Shown here in pieces: positions 24,464 through 36,928 of a stretch of DNA of 64,000 bases. The stretch's first letter is position 1. Each line of letters opens with the position of its first letter. This DNA comes from Tubulanus polymorphus (Eukaryota; Animalia; Nemertea). The translations under genes were made by a program, and so were the position numbers. The notes beneath the pieces are model-generated. The model made no database searches. It was not told where the DNA came from and saw only the letters and a list, made by a program, of their open reading frames with translations. The stretch spans positions 9,474,275-9,538,274 of the forward strand of contig NC_134032.1 of the NCBI RefSeq assembly GCF_964204645.1, in the 5' to 3' direction.

Positions 24464-27035
24464 TGACTTAACCCAGTTTAAGATTAACGCCCACTTAAAA
24501 ATATTGCTCGAAGATTTGTCCATGATGATTTATGGTCACATGATATTGTGATTAGAATTGATTATTTGAGTCCATAATATGGTTAAGATCAGGAAATCAA
24601 ACTTGAATATAATTATAAATCAAATTATTTAGCCTAACAATTATCATGAAATGTATATCCCCATTTCGTACTCTGTAGCTGTATAGTATCAACTGTAGAC
24701 CTACTGAAAAAATGATGATTTAATCAATCCCTGATATATCTATAATTTTGATTTAGTTTTGAAATAGTTATGACAGGCGATCAAACTAAACATAACTATG
24801 ATAGAATAACCAATCAATTATACTTATCATTGAAATGTTAGCATAATCATGACAAAATGAAAATGATTAAATATATAGTAATTGTAAAATAATCTAAAAA
24901 TAATTAGATAGAGTAATTGTTATTCAATGTAGTTATGATTAGGTGGTTAAATTGATTAATCCACAGGATAGTTATCAATAAAAAATTTGAATGTAGTTAA
25001 TGAATCAATAATACATCATTCATGTTTATTAAGAACAATATAAAATGACATTCATCTCGCAGATAATACACAATGATTAGGTGTATACCCAACCAAAACT
25101 GTAGCTCATGGAATGCAAGTGTCTATATCAACCCTTCGTAGCTCAGGTGGTAAAGGTAATAGAACCGGGTTCTTACCGGGCAGAACTCGTAGAAGTTTCT
25201 GCGCAAATTCTGCGTATAAGACCTCCACTGGAGACAAAACAGAGGAACTGTAGATTTTGCAATGGAACTGATCTTGAAGATGAATATCATCTTATTCTAA
25301 AATGCTCTAGATTTCACGATTTACGATGGAAATTTATAAAACCTTATTATTATAGATAACCATTTGTACATAGATTTATTCAGTTATTGAGAACACAAAA
25401 TGGGAACGAATTTCTGAAATCAGGTGATTACTGTATCATAGGTCCGAAAAGAATCCAAACATTTATATGATTTAGTTTAACATCAGCGTTGGTATATCCT
25501 CGACCTCACTACTTTACAAATTGACGGGTGCCGATACAGAAACGGCGTTACATTGAATGTACTGTATTTATAGAAATTTATTGTAATGAAATTAAGGACC
25601 ATGATGGTCTATTTCAGTAAACTTAAACTTAAAACTTAAAACATATTTCGGTCAATCCAAAGATTGCGAATGGTCTCTGGAAGGTACATAAACGTATATT
25701 TCATTATTTCAATGAAAATAATACAGAAATACGTGTAGACTATGATAGAGTCAGTGAATTGACGATAACAGTCTGAACAAGGCCAAAAAGGCTGTACAAG
25801 CACTGGCAGATTCCCCGTGAAAAAAGTTAAACGATAAGTAACACGATTGATATCATTCTAATGATTATTTTGCGCTTTGAAACTTACCACGTGAAATTCG
25901 ATGAAGGTTCGAGTAAACAGACAAAATTTCACTACGAGCGTGTTTTGCCGACACTTCAAGGGACGTAATAAGGTTGTTACTGCAAAGTATTCGAGCGTTA
26001 GTCCAGGTAACAAATCTCAGTCGACACTTATGCTTTATGGCACATCCTTTGATCCGTTAGGGAATTAGAAAAAAAAACAACTCTTGTGGCTTGCGGAACT
26101 TTTGCGATTATCAAACGATGAAAAAATTCCAAAAGCATCACCGCCTATCGGTGTTACCATATCAACGTGCCAGTGCAGTTTGAGCCAAAAGTAAAGTAAA
26201 TTATAGTAAGGTAATGTAAAGTTTATGGAGCAGCCACCTTCGACTAGTTCGCCATCTGGCGGAAAATTATGTCAGTCACTGATCTCATTACGTCATCACC
26301 AGATTATCTCCTATCCCTCTAAGAATAGAAGACGTAAGCGAATAAACCAAATTTAAAATACCGATGCTTATAAATATGGCTGTATACCCAACATACGGTT
26401 GTATGGCACCGGCTATCATCAGCAAAACAGTAGCTAATGGCCGACCAATAAAGATATCTAAAGCCAGTATTGTCTCGTAATGTTGATCGTATTTCTGATC
26501 TGCAACGTCTGACAACCAAGAATAATAAAATCCACCGAACAGACTAAGTGCCAACGTATAGATGCTATCCGGACCGAACGCATGCCAGATATTACTTATA
26601 AACGGATAAGAACACATTGAAATTGTCGCGAGAAGGCAATAAATCATAGCGTAAATCCATCGATATTTTCTAGTTTTAGACACAATAAATCCAAACATGT
26701 TTGTAGCAATAATGAAGAGAACTGCTGATGACAGTCGTACAGTCGCTAGTTGCCAATTTGCCATCGTAAAACTGTCCATAATCCATAATGGAAGCAACGT
26801 GTAATATGTGATATACATGGTACAATCCATAAAGTTGATTCCGAGTAAGACAACTGTTTGCGCGTCAGTGAGCATTGCTTTCACAACGCTGAGCTGGAAT
26901 TGAGATTCTGTTTTTGAATCGCCGATGTTGTTCGGTATATCCACGAAGGTACGAATAAGAATCGTTATCCCTATTGCAGCAAAAAGGATCCAGAATGGAG
27001 TAGCGCGCCCGATCAATTGAACCTCGTACAAAACA
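24464..27035. repeat. Segmental duplication of 16553-17295 joined to 18783-20680
   Basis: Colinear high identity; the junction at ~25200 (agaagtttct|gcgcaaattctgcg) skips ~1.5 kb present in the first copy. Confidence 0.92.
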
Positions 27036-27670
27036 CTCGCAAAACCAAAGGCGCTTCCACCGAATCTACAACTGTATATAACTGCAAATGCCACAACTCT
27101 GTCCGATTTATTTTCGAAAGCATAGGATACCATCGTTGACCCAGCATTAACTGTGATTGCCACTGCAAGCCCTAATAACGAATTTGCAATCGCCAAAATC
27201 CACCACAATGACGCATAAACGGACATGAAGATAGCGCTTTGTGCTGTTAGTAGACCGAACCAGAACGGATATAGATGACCATATTTGAAGGTGAGTCTAC
27301 CACTTAGAAAAGTGCCAAAAATCACTCCTGCATCGAAAGCAGATCGAGTGATTGAAACTTTTACAGTTATCCGTTGGTCCTCCGTGGATGTATTTTGGAC
27401 TTCCTTTAGGAGATCAGATGTAACGATAATTACAGTTCCACAAGCTGTTTCCAGTATCAGTAAGGCCATACTAACAATACACACAATAACCACAGGACTG
27501 CACTGAAACCGGATCTTACTAGTACAACATCTTTCTTCTTCTGTTACCTTCGAGAGAGTATCAATAGCTCCGTATTCAGATTCCTCGTCAGTTGCGCCAT
27601 TGTTAACCAATACTTCTCTATCCGCATCTTTATCATCCGTCGTCACTTTCAAATCATTGAGCAGCATCAT
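26288..27670 (-). CDS. Intronless SLC18A-like MFS transporter, copy 3 (460 aa)
   Basis: Intact ORF, paralog of copy 1; C-terminal half and 3' flank nearly identical to copy 1. Confidence 0.9.
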   Translation of the reverse strand: MMLLNDLKVTTDDKDADREVLVNNGATDEESEYGAIDTLSKVTEEERCCTSKIRFQCSPVVIVCIVSMALLILETACGTVIIVTSDLLKEVQNTSTEDQRITVKVSITRSAFDAGVIFGTFLSGRLTFKYGHLYPFWFGLLTAQSAIFMSVYASLWWILAIANSLLGLAVAITVNAGSTMVSYAFENKSDRVVAFAVIYSCRFGGSAFGFASVLYEVQLIGRATPFWILFAAIGITILIRTFVDIPNNIGDSKTESQFQLSVVKAMLTDAQTVVLLGINFMDCTMYITYYTLLPLWIMDSFTMANWQLATVRLSSAVLFIIATNMFGFIVSKTRKYRWIYAMIYCLLATISMCSYPFISNIWHAFGPDSIYTLALSLFGGFYYSWLSDVADQKYDQHYETILALDIFIGRPLATVLLMIAGAIQPYVGYTAIFISIGILNLVYSLTSSILRGIGDNLVMT

Positions 27671-29379
27671 ATTGTTGTTGACAACCGATGAGTTGGATTT
27701 AGTGACATATTACGCAAAATTGTACATTATTATTCACCAGCTCCGCACTTGCTGTTATGGATTTAACGAGGTGCTCAGACGTAAATTGGTTAACTAATTC
27801 GGCATTTAAATGATATTACAATGTTGCGCTTTTCGCTTGAATTACAAATGCCATTATGTTAGTGATAGGGCTGTGCCCTGAACGGGGTGGTGTACATTTT
27901 TAGGCCAGTCGTAGGCTGAGCCTATTACTATACAAATGGAGCAAATTTAAATGACGTGGTTTCCAGAGTAAAGGCTCTTTTACTGTGCAACTGAGCATAT
28001 ATTCATACAAATCATCCATTAAAGCATTATCCATTCTCAAACCCCTATGAAGCTGAACTTTGAAAGAGGTCCTCGTTAGAATTTATATGAGCTTTTTCGC
28101 AAAAATCTGATCGCAAAAATATCTGTTTTAAAAAGCCAATCACTGAGCAAAGACTCCTCTATGAATGGCTTAGCCGCAGAGATCAGCAGGTGTTCACGTG
28201 AACCCGCGGTATCGTCTACCGTTTTACTTCCGGGTTTCATTTTAAGATCTAAAATTGTATTTCAATATCAATTTCTGTGAAATCTTTAGTTGATTTGGTT
28301 TTTAGGAGGAATATTTTTATTTGCACTACAGAAAATATCATTGACAATTGTGTAAAGTCCGGGAAAATAGCTTTTTTCCAAATCGGATGGATGACCTTGT
28401 AATGCTAATTAGCCATGTGCTCAAACTGCAAATTCAATCAAATTTTATTCTGCAAAAAATATCAAATCCAATTCAATTTTACTTTATTGAACAAGGAAAA
28501 ACAGCAAAATCCAATTCAATTTTGTTTTATTGAGCAAATTTCAGAAAATTCAATTCTGGGCTGGGAGTGTATTTTGACGTATTCAACCCACAGAATGCAT
28601 CATTTGCCATTTTATGAAAAGCTGACAGGCTGGCCATAGTGCCCCTTGGGGCTCTTTTTATCATTGATGGTGTTAGGGTATATACACCATATGTTTGAAA
28701 TACGTAAGCACAGCGTTTCCTTGCGTAACAGCCACTCGACTCAACTGTTGAATGTCGGGGTCCAGAACAAAAGAAAAGGTATTTTCAGCTAAAGCAGCCA
28801 TGTCATAGGCATTAACAAGAAAATTAATTCTAATAAGTTAATCGACGCCTGCGAAAAAGATGTAGAATTTTTGGGATAAGCTAATGTGGAATTGCAAATT
28901 TGAAATCGAAGTTTTAAGAAATTTGGGGGATTATGAGATTCGGCGATTGGGTAGGTGACACGAGGTTTTAGTCGACTCGTAGTAATGGTCTTAATTTTTT
29001 CAATGAAAATTGCCAATAATTGATAACTTGCGACCGACTTCACTTATAATATAGTATTCCAGTTTAAAGTATAATATAGTATTCCAGTTTCTCGTATTTC
29101 GACGAAGTCTTCATAAAGGCTCTTGAGTCCGTCCGGAAATGATTGCTCACAAAATGCCGCGTATCGATACTCTTCTTTTGTACCGTACACTTTCGATGAG
29201 CGATTAGTGCCATTTTAACCATTACCAATCAAAAGTGAAACAATATGAAAAGAATTCTGCGAAACGTTCCAAGAAAGGATTAGAACGTATAGCGTTGGTC
29301 ACTTGAGTGTATTTCCACCTTAAAGACTCCCACATAGAAAGAATTACCAATATCATCATTATCTATTACAATTTCATTA

Positions 29380-30696
29380 TCAGTTGTCTCGTAGAATAAA
29401 AGATGTAAACGAATAAGTAAAATTTAAAATACCGATGCTTATGAATATAGCTATATACCCAACATATGGTTGTATGACTCCAGCTATCAATAGCAAAACC
29501 GTAGCTACTGGCCGCCCTATAAAAACGTCTAAAGCCAATATTGTTTCGTAATGTTGATCGTATTTCCAATCTAATACATCTGACAACCAAGAATAATAAA
29601 ATCCATCGAACAGACTAAGTGTTAATGCATAAATACTATATGGACCGAACGCTTCCCAGATGTTGCTAATAAACGGATAAGAACACATTGAAATTGTCGC
29701 TAGAAGGCAATAATTCATAGCGTATATCCATCGGCAATTTCTAGTTTTAGACACAATAAATCCAAATATATTTGTAGTAACAATAAAGAGAACTGCCGAT
29801 GACAGTCTTACAGTCGCCAGTTTCCAATTTGTTATCGTAAAACTGTCCATAATCCATAATGGTAGCAACGTGTAATATGTGATATACATGATACAATCCA
29901 TGAAGTTGATGCAGAGTAAGACAAATGATTGTGAGTCAGTGAGCATGCTTTCACAACAATGAGCTGGAATTAAGTTTCTGTTTTTGAATCGTCGTGGTTG
30001 TTCGGTATTTCAATGAAGGCACGCATGAGTATCGTTAGCCCTAAAGCAGCGAAAATGATCCAAAATGGAGAAGCGCGCCCGATCAATTGAACCTCGTAAA
30101 AAGCAATCGCAAAACCGATGGCATTTCCACCGACTCGAGAGCCGTATATGACCGCAAATGCCACAACTCTGTCCGATATATTTTCGAAAGCAAAAGACAC
30201 CATCGTTGACCCAGCGTTAGCTACGATTGCTACGTAGCGGACAAAAGCGGACATCAAAATTGCGCTTTGTGCTGTTAGTAGACCAAACCAGAACGGATAG
30301 ATGACCATATTTGAAGGTGAGTCTACCACTTAGAAAAGTGCCAAAAATCACTCCTGCGTTGAAAGCAGATCGAGTGCTTGAAACTTCTACAGTTATCCGT
30401 TGGTCGTCTGAGCATGTATTTAGGACTTCCTTTAGGAGATCAGATGTAACGAAAATTACAGTTCCACAAGCTGTTTCGAGTATCAGTAAGGCCATACTAA
30501 CAATACAGACAATAACCACAGGACTGCACTGAAACCGGATCTTACTAGTACAACATCTTTCTTCTTCTGTTACCTTCGAGAGAGTATCAATAGCTCCGTA
30601 TTCAGATTCCTCGTCAGTTGCGCCATTGTTAACCAATACTTCTCTATCCGCATCTTTATCATCCGTCGTCACTTTCAATTCATTGAGCAGCATCAT
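29380..30696 (-). pseudogene. SLC18A-like copy 4, disrupted
   Basis: 2-nt deletion at ~30298 (ggatatagatg>ggatagatg), deletion in the TM3-TM4 region at ~30233-30240, the same TAA + 1-nt deletion as copy 2 at 29946-29972, and many missense changes. Confidence 0.9.
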
Positions 30697-32260
30697 ATTG
30701 TTGTTGACAACCGATGAGTTGGATTTAGTGACATATTACGCAAAATTGTACACGTTCGTCAGATCCGTGCTTGGTTGCTGTTATGGATTTTACGAGATGT
30801 TCAGACGTAAATTGGTTAAGTAATCGGCACTTCAATGATATTACAATGTTGCTCTTTAAGCTTGAATTTCAAATGTCATTATGTTAGTGATATGGCTGTG
30901 AGGTGTACGGGGTGGTGTACATTTTTATCATTGTTGGTGTAACCGTTCGTATTTTGAAACACGTAAGCACAGCGTTTTCTTACGTAACAGCCACTCGACT
31001 CCGCCAGTCCTTTTTTATAATCCGGGGGCGGATCTAGGAAATTTTGAATGTCGGGGTCCAGAACAAAAGAAAAGGCATTTTCAGATAAAGCAGCCATGTC
31101 ATAGGCTAGTAGTGGGTCCCAATCTCGGTATTAAATATATTTTCATGAAACACGTAAAAAATATGGAATTTCCGTGGGGACGAGTTTCGAACTTTTAGAT
31201 TTCAACGGTATTTGTTTTGACCAAAAGGCCACCTCAATGTAGCGTAGGAGTCCGGGTCCCCCAGATTACCCCCTAGATCCGCCGCTGCAATCCTGAATAA
31301 TTAAATACATTCACCAGCACACTGCAAAAAGGAAGAAACGAAACAAAATAACATTCTATACAGTGTGTATTACAACGAACAAGAAGTTTTTCGGGTTCCT
31401 TTCACATAGGCCTACATCATAATGATGTACGGCATTAACGAAGAATAGAAAAACAAACAACAAATTTACAATTATTTTAATGGAGTAAATTTCCACGTGT
31501 AAAATGGTAAGAAAGGTAGTTTCTTGTTTCAAGTAGGCCTATGAAAACAGTTATTTGAGAAATTTTCACGTTTACTTTGATGATATGTGGTTTCCATTGT
31601 AGTTTTTTTTTATGTTCAAAATCCATCCGTTGATTGGGTTCAGGAACGAACATCTCTGACAATTGTGGAATGCATGGTATATCAGTCTTTTTCAATTTAA
31701 GGGCATATTGATAAGCAATTCGCCAGTCATTTGATATGTTCAATCAAATCTATATCATTGTGTTGAAGTGCGTAAGTGAAGTGATGCAATTTCTATCTTC
31801 GGTAGTGTAGAATAAAAGGTTATTCAACGTATTTACCCTGGTAGAATAAGTATCATTTATCTAAATGAGAAAAATATATCAGCCTATGACAGACCCCTGG
31901 GGTACACCGATCTTAGCGGTAAGTGAGGAAGAAATTAAGAATTTGTTCGAGACGTATTGTTCTCGATTGGAAGGATAAGAGTGTTGGTATTCGTCGGATA
32001 CCGTTATGTTCAAGGTCATTTAATGATGTATCATTATTACGCGTGTTTTAGGCTTTCGAATGGTCGAGGAAAATACCTTTTGTCCACATTCAACGCTAAA
32101 CTTTCTAATACTCACCCACGGTTTTGGGCCCTACTGTCCAAACAGACATTGAAGAAAAATGTTATCCGAATTTAGCATTCCAGTTTATTATGAACGACAC
32201 TTCTGGTTATTCTTGAGTTTTTAAAAGTATTATGAATACATTCATTATTTATTACAACTT

Positions 32261-33622
32261 TCAGATGCCTCGTAGAATAAAAGATGTAAACAAATAAATC
32301 AAATTTAAGATACCGACGCTTATAAATATGGCTGTATACCCAACATACGGTTGTATGGCACTGGCTATCATAAGTAAAGCAATAGCTAATGGCCGACCAA
32401 TAAAAACATCTAATGCGAAAATTGTCTCGTAATGTTGATCGTATTTCTGATCTGCAACATCTGACAACCAAGAATGATAGAATCCACCCAGCAAACAAAG
32501 GGCCAATGTATAGATGCTATCCGGACCGAACGCTTGCCAAATATTACTAATAAGCGGATAAGAAAACATTGAAATCGTCGCTAGAAGGCAATAAATCATA
32601 GCGTAAATCCATCGATAGTTTCTAGTTTTAGATACAATAAATCCAAATACATTTGTAGTTATAACAAAGAGAACTGCTGATGATAGTCTCACGGTCGCAA
32701 GTTGCCAATTTGCCACCGTAAAACTGTCCATAATCCATAATGGTAACAGCGTGTAATATGTGAAATACAGGATGGCATCCATAAAGTTGATGCCGAGTAA
32801 GACTACTGTTTGCGCGTCAGTGAGCATTGCTTTCACAACACTGAGCTGGAATTGAGTTTCTGTTTTTGAATCGTCGTGGTTGTTCGGTATATCCATGAAA
32901 GCTCGAATAAGTATCGTTAGCCCTAATGCAGCAAAAAGGATCCAAAATGGAGTACCGCGCCCGACCCACTGAACCTCGTACAAAGCAACCGCAAAACCAA
33001 AGGCGTTTCCACCAAATCTACAACTGTATATAACCGCAAATGCCAAAATTCGGTCCGATTTATTTTCAAAAGTAAAAGATAGCATCGTTGACCCGGCATT
33101 AGCTACAAATGCTACCGCAAGTCCTACTAACGTATTTGCAACCGCCAGAATCCACCACAATGACGCAAAAACAGAAATGAAGATAGCGCTTTGTGCTGTT
33201 AGTAGACCAAACCAGAACGGATATAGATGACCATATTTAAAGGTGAGTCTGCCACTCAGTACATTACCAAAAATCATTCCCGCATCGAAAGTAAACCGAG
33301 TAACGGAAACCTTTACGGTTACCTGTTGGTCCGCCGAGGATTTATTTTGAACATCCTGTAGGATATCAGAAGTAATGGTGATAATAGTACCACAAGTTGC
33401 TTCCATTATCAATAATGCCAAACTAACAATACACACAATAACTTCAGGACTGCACTGAAACCGCATCTTACAAGAACTACACTTTCCTTCTTCTGGTATA
33501 TCACTGTCAGAGTGAGTATCAATAGCTCCGTATTCAGTTTCCTCGCCAGTTTCGCCATTGTCAACCAATTCTTTTTTATCCTCATCCTTATCTCCTGCCG
33601 TCATTTTAAATTCATTGAGCAT
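32261..33622 (-). CDS. Intronless SLC18A-like MFS transporter, copy 5 (453 aa)
   Basis: Intact ORF; N-terminal ~215 aa nearly identical to copy 1, C-half distinct (DAILYFT, CLLGGFYHS). Confidence 0.9.
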   Translation of the reverse strand: MLNEFKMTAGDKDEDKKELVDNGETGEETEYGAIDTHSDSDIPEEGKCSSCKMRFQCSPEVIVCIVSLALLIMEATCGTIITITSDILQDVQNKSSADQQVTVKVSVTRFTFDAGMIFGNVLSGRLTFKYGHLYPFWFGLLTAQSAIFISVFASLWWILAVANTLVGLAVAFVANAGSTMLSFTFENKSDRILAFAVIYSCRFGGNAFGFAVALYEVQWVGRGTPFWILFAALGLTILIRAFMDIPNNHDDSKTETQFQLSVVKAMLTDAQTVVLLGINFMDAILYFTYYTLLPLWIMDSFTVANWQLATVRLSSAVLFVITTNVFGFIVSKTRNYRWIYAMIYCLLATISMFSYPLISNIWQAFGPDSIYTLALCLLGGFYHSWLSDVADQKYDQHYETIFALDVFIGRPLAIALLMIASAIQPYVGYTAIFISVGILNLIYLFTSFILRGI

Positions 33623-34755
33623 CGTTACTGATGACTATACAACTGGTTGCGATTGGTTTCATGTGAATATCAGATCACACTCGATACTTACTGCAAAATA
33701 ACGTTCACAGTGGTTATCGATAAAATCTGTGATCGGATGTTACCAATTAGGTTTAGTTAGAAGTTCCATGGTGCTAATCTTGTCAAAGAATAATCAATAC
33801 GTTCACCCCAGTCCACGTTCGATACATAGTAATGTTATTTTTTTCAAAGCATATGTTACTTGTGGTGACCTCCGTATAGCACAAGGAATGAGTGAATAAA
33901 AGCTATTTTTAGAATACCCCAAGTATACGGATTTTGTTAGACATTTATTACTGCCCTTTTATGGTACGAATTCGTAATGAATGATCGCGACACTGCTTAA
34001 ATTTACCTCAAAGCGAACTTGCATTTTCTAAGTAGCACTGCTCATTACTGACTTTCTTTTCAATCTGCATGCAAATGCAAGCGGTAAATGCATGCACATG
34101 AGAAATTGCACATGAGAAATGAAAGGCGAACATAAAACAGAGAAAACTAAAACTGGTTTAATCAAAAGCTTTGATGAGCAGATGGGTTTTGAGATGAGAT
34201 TTAAAAATATCAATTGAAGGACTAGATTTAATTGGACTAGGTAAATTATTCCACAGTACTGGGGCAGAGTACGCAAAGCCGCCTCTACGCCTGGCTGAGA
34301 CAGGATTTTTGCGGGGAATTACTTACCCAAGGTTACTTCGAGCCTACTGCCTAAACATGAAACTGAAGAATAATGCTATTCTTATGTCCAGTTTATAGTG
34401 AACGTCACTTTGAGTTGTTTTAACTTCAAACAATCCCTAAAGGAGTTTTAATAATAGTATCAGCATAGACTTCATCGTATTTCGACGAAGTCTTCTAAAA
34501 GGCTCTTGAGTCCGTCCGGAAATGATTGCTCACAAAATGCTGCGTATCGATACTCTTCTTTTAATTGTACTGTACAATTTCGATGAGCGATTAGTGCCAT
34601 TTAAACCATTACCAATCAAACAGGAATCAATATGAAAAGAATTCTGCGAAAAGTATTAGAACGTATAGCGCTGGTCACTTCAGTGTATTTCCACCTTAAA
34701 GACTCCCACAAAGCAAGTATTACCAATAGCATCGTTATTTAATACAATTTCATTA

Positions 34756-36141
34756 TCAGTTGTCTCGAAGAATAAAAGATATAAACGAATAAGTAAAATT
34801 TAAAATACCGATGCTTATGAATATGGCTGTATACCCAACATATGGTTGTATGACTCCAGCTATCAATAGCATAACCGTAGCTAATGGCCGCCCAATAAAA
34901 ACGTCTAAAGCCAATATTGTCTCGTAATGTTGATCGTATTTCTGATCTGCAGCATCTGACAACCAAGAATAATAAAATCCACCGAACAGACTAAGTGCTA
35001 ATGTATAGATACTATCCGGACCGAACGCTTGCCAGATATTACTAATAAACGGATAAGAAAACATTGAAATTGTAGCTAGAAGGCAGTAAATTATAGCGTA
35101 AATCCATCGGTAATTTCTAGTTTTAGACACAATAAATCCAAATATATTTGTAGTAACAATAAAGAGAACTGCTGATGACAGTCTTACAGTCGCTAGTTTC
35201 CAATTTGCCATCGCAAAACTGTCCATAATCCATAATGGTAGCAACGTGTAATATGTGATATACATGGTACAATCCATAAAGTTGATGCCGAGTAAGACAA
35301 CTGTTTGTGCGTCAGTGAGCATTGCTTTCACAACTCTGAGCTGGAATTGAGTTTCTGTTTTTGAATCGTCGTTGTTGTTCGGTATTTTGATGAAGGCACG
35401 CATGAGTATCGTTAGCCCTAAAGCAGCGAAAATGATCCAAAATGGAGTAGCGCGCCCGATCAATTGAACCTCGTACAAAGCAATCGCAAAACCGATGGAA
35501 TTTCCACCGACTCGAGAACTGTATATGACCGCAAATGCCACAACTCTGTCCGATTTATTTTCGAAAGCAAAAGACACCATCGTTGACCCAGCGTTAGCTA
35601 CGATTGCTACTGCAAGCCCTACTAACGAATTTGCAATCGTCAGAATCCACCAGAATGACGCAAAAGCGGACATAAGGATAGCGCTTTGTGCTGTTAGTAG
35701 ACCAAACCAGAACGGATATAGATGTCCGTATTTGAAAGTAAGTCTACCACTAAGAAACGTGCCAAAGATCATTCCTGCATCGAAAGCAGATCGAGTAATT
35801 GAAACTTTTACAGTTATCCGTTGGTCCTCCGTGGATGTACTTTGGACTTCCTTCAAGAGATCAGATGTAACGATAATTACAGTTCCACAAGCTGTTTCCA
35901 GTATCAGTAATGCCAAACTCACAATACAGACAGTAACCACAGGACTGCACTGAAAGCGAATCTTATAAGAACTACACTTTTCTTCATCTGGTACTCTAGA
36001 GAGAGTATCAATAGCCCCGTATTCCATTTCCTCATCGGTTTTTCCAACCAGACTTTTTCCATCCGTATCTTCATCTTCCGTCATCATTTCAAATTCATTG
36101 AGCATCATCATATTACGGTTGACAATTAACGATGGATGCAA
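34756..36141 (-). CDS. Intronless SLC18A-like MFS transporter, copy 6 (likely start ATG at 36111, ~451 aa)
   Basis: Intact ORF; paralogs begin at MM(M/L)LNE, which corresponds to 36111; the ORF-track start at 36141 is not an ATG. Confidence 0.9.
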   Translation of the reverse strand: MHPSLIVNRNMMMLNEFEMMTEDEDTDGKSLVGKTDEEMEYGAIDTLSRVPDEEKCSSYKIRFQCSPVVTVCIVSLALLILETACGTVIIVTSDLLKEVQSTSTEDQRITVKVSITRSAFDAGMIFGTFLSGRLTFKYGHLYPFWFGLLTAQSAILMSAFASFWWILTIANSLVGLAVAIVANAGSTMVSFAFENKSDRVVAFAVIYSSRVGGNSIGFAIALYEVQLIGRATPFWIIFAALGLTILMRAFIKIPNNNDDSKTETQFQLRVVKAMLTDAQTVVLLGINFMDCTMYITYYTLLPLWIMDSFAMANWKLATVRLSSAVLFIVTTNIFGFIVSKTRNYRWIYAIIYCLLATISMFSYPFISNIWQAFGPDSIYTLALSLFGGFYYSWLSDAADQKYDQHYETILALDVFIGRPLATVMLLIAGVIQPYVGYTAIFISIGILNFTYSFISFILRDN

Positions 36142-36594
36142 TTTGTGAAATATTATTACGTTAAAACGTTCATATTCACCCGATCCGTGCTCGATTGCTA
36201 TTAAATTCTACATTTAACGAGATGGTTCTTCGCGGTAATTGATAATGGTCATCGTATCAATAAATCGATTGCTTTTCTTTTCAAAACCTTGCGTGGCGAC
36301 GTTCGTATAGGTGTTGGGCTAGAAGAAAGATAAATACACGTACATTGATAAAAACGAATGTAAATAATCATTTGGAGTAACATCATTAGCACTTGTCTTG
36401 TTATATATCGGATTGTCCGGCAGAGGACTTATTGAAATGATAAACAACCAAGGTCTACAAGACTTCGCTGAATGATGAAATCTGTCGGTAGAAACAGCAA
36501 CGACAACATGGTGAAAACATAACATAGATAAAATACGTACTAACGTCACATCTATTGTGAACGTCAATGTCTTGTGGTCACTTAAAAAAGAAAA

Positions 36595-36770
36595 CAGATT
36601 ATCATATGCCTCGGATAGTATAAGATGGGAACAAATAGATAAAATTCATAATATCGATACTAATGAATATGGCCGTATAACCAAAATATGGCTGTATGGC
36701 ACCAGCCAACAATATTGAGATGACCGCTTAAAACTGACTTACCATCTAAAGCGAATTGTCTCGTTAAGCG
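36595..36770 (-). pseudogene. C-terminal remnant of an SLC18A-like copy
   Basis: atgaatatggccgtataaccaaaatatggctgtatggcaccagc ... catctaaagcgaattgtctcgt matches TM11-TM12 coding sequence. Confidence 0.7.
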
Positions 36771-36928
36771 AGGAGCACGACTGTATTTTTTCGCCCGATC
36801 GCGGCGATTCAATTCGCCAGCGAATTCGCCGACGAATTTTATACGCCCGATACGAGCGGGCACATGTAGCCACAGGGACTTGTCACAATTGATAGTGAAT
36901 AAATAAAACCAGTATTAATGGCCAACCC

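Noticed and set aside
25108-25359. 83-aa ORF with CxxC/HxxxxC
   Set aside because: Chimera of non-coding sequence and a LINE ORF2 3' fragment formed at the deletion junction.
23187-35953. Plus-strand ORFs at 23187, 23414, 27285, 27600, 30311, 30626, 35495 and alternate-frame minus ORFs (MVVRCCRSEIRST...)
   Set aside because: Antisense or off-frame shadows of the transporter genes; they recur only because the genes are duplicated.
19933-36141. Bacterial origin (HGT or contamination) of the intronless MFS genes
   Set aside because: Motifs match animal SLC18A rather than bacterial DHA1 pumps, there are eukaryotic sorting signals, and the copies are interleaved with animal transposons; phylogeny would be needed to exclude it formally.
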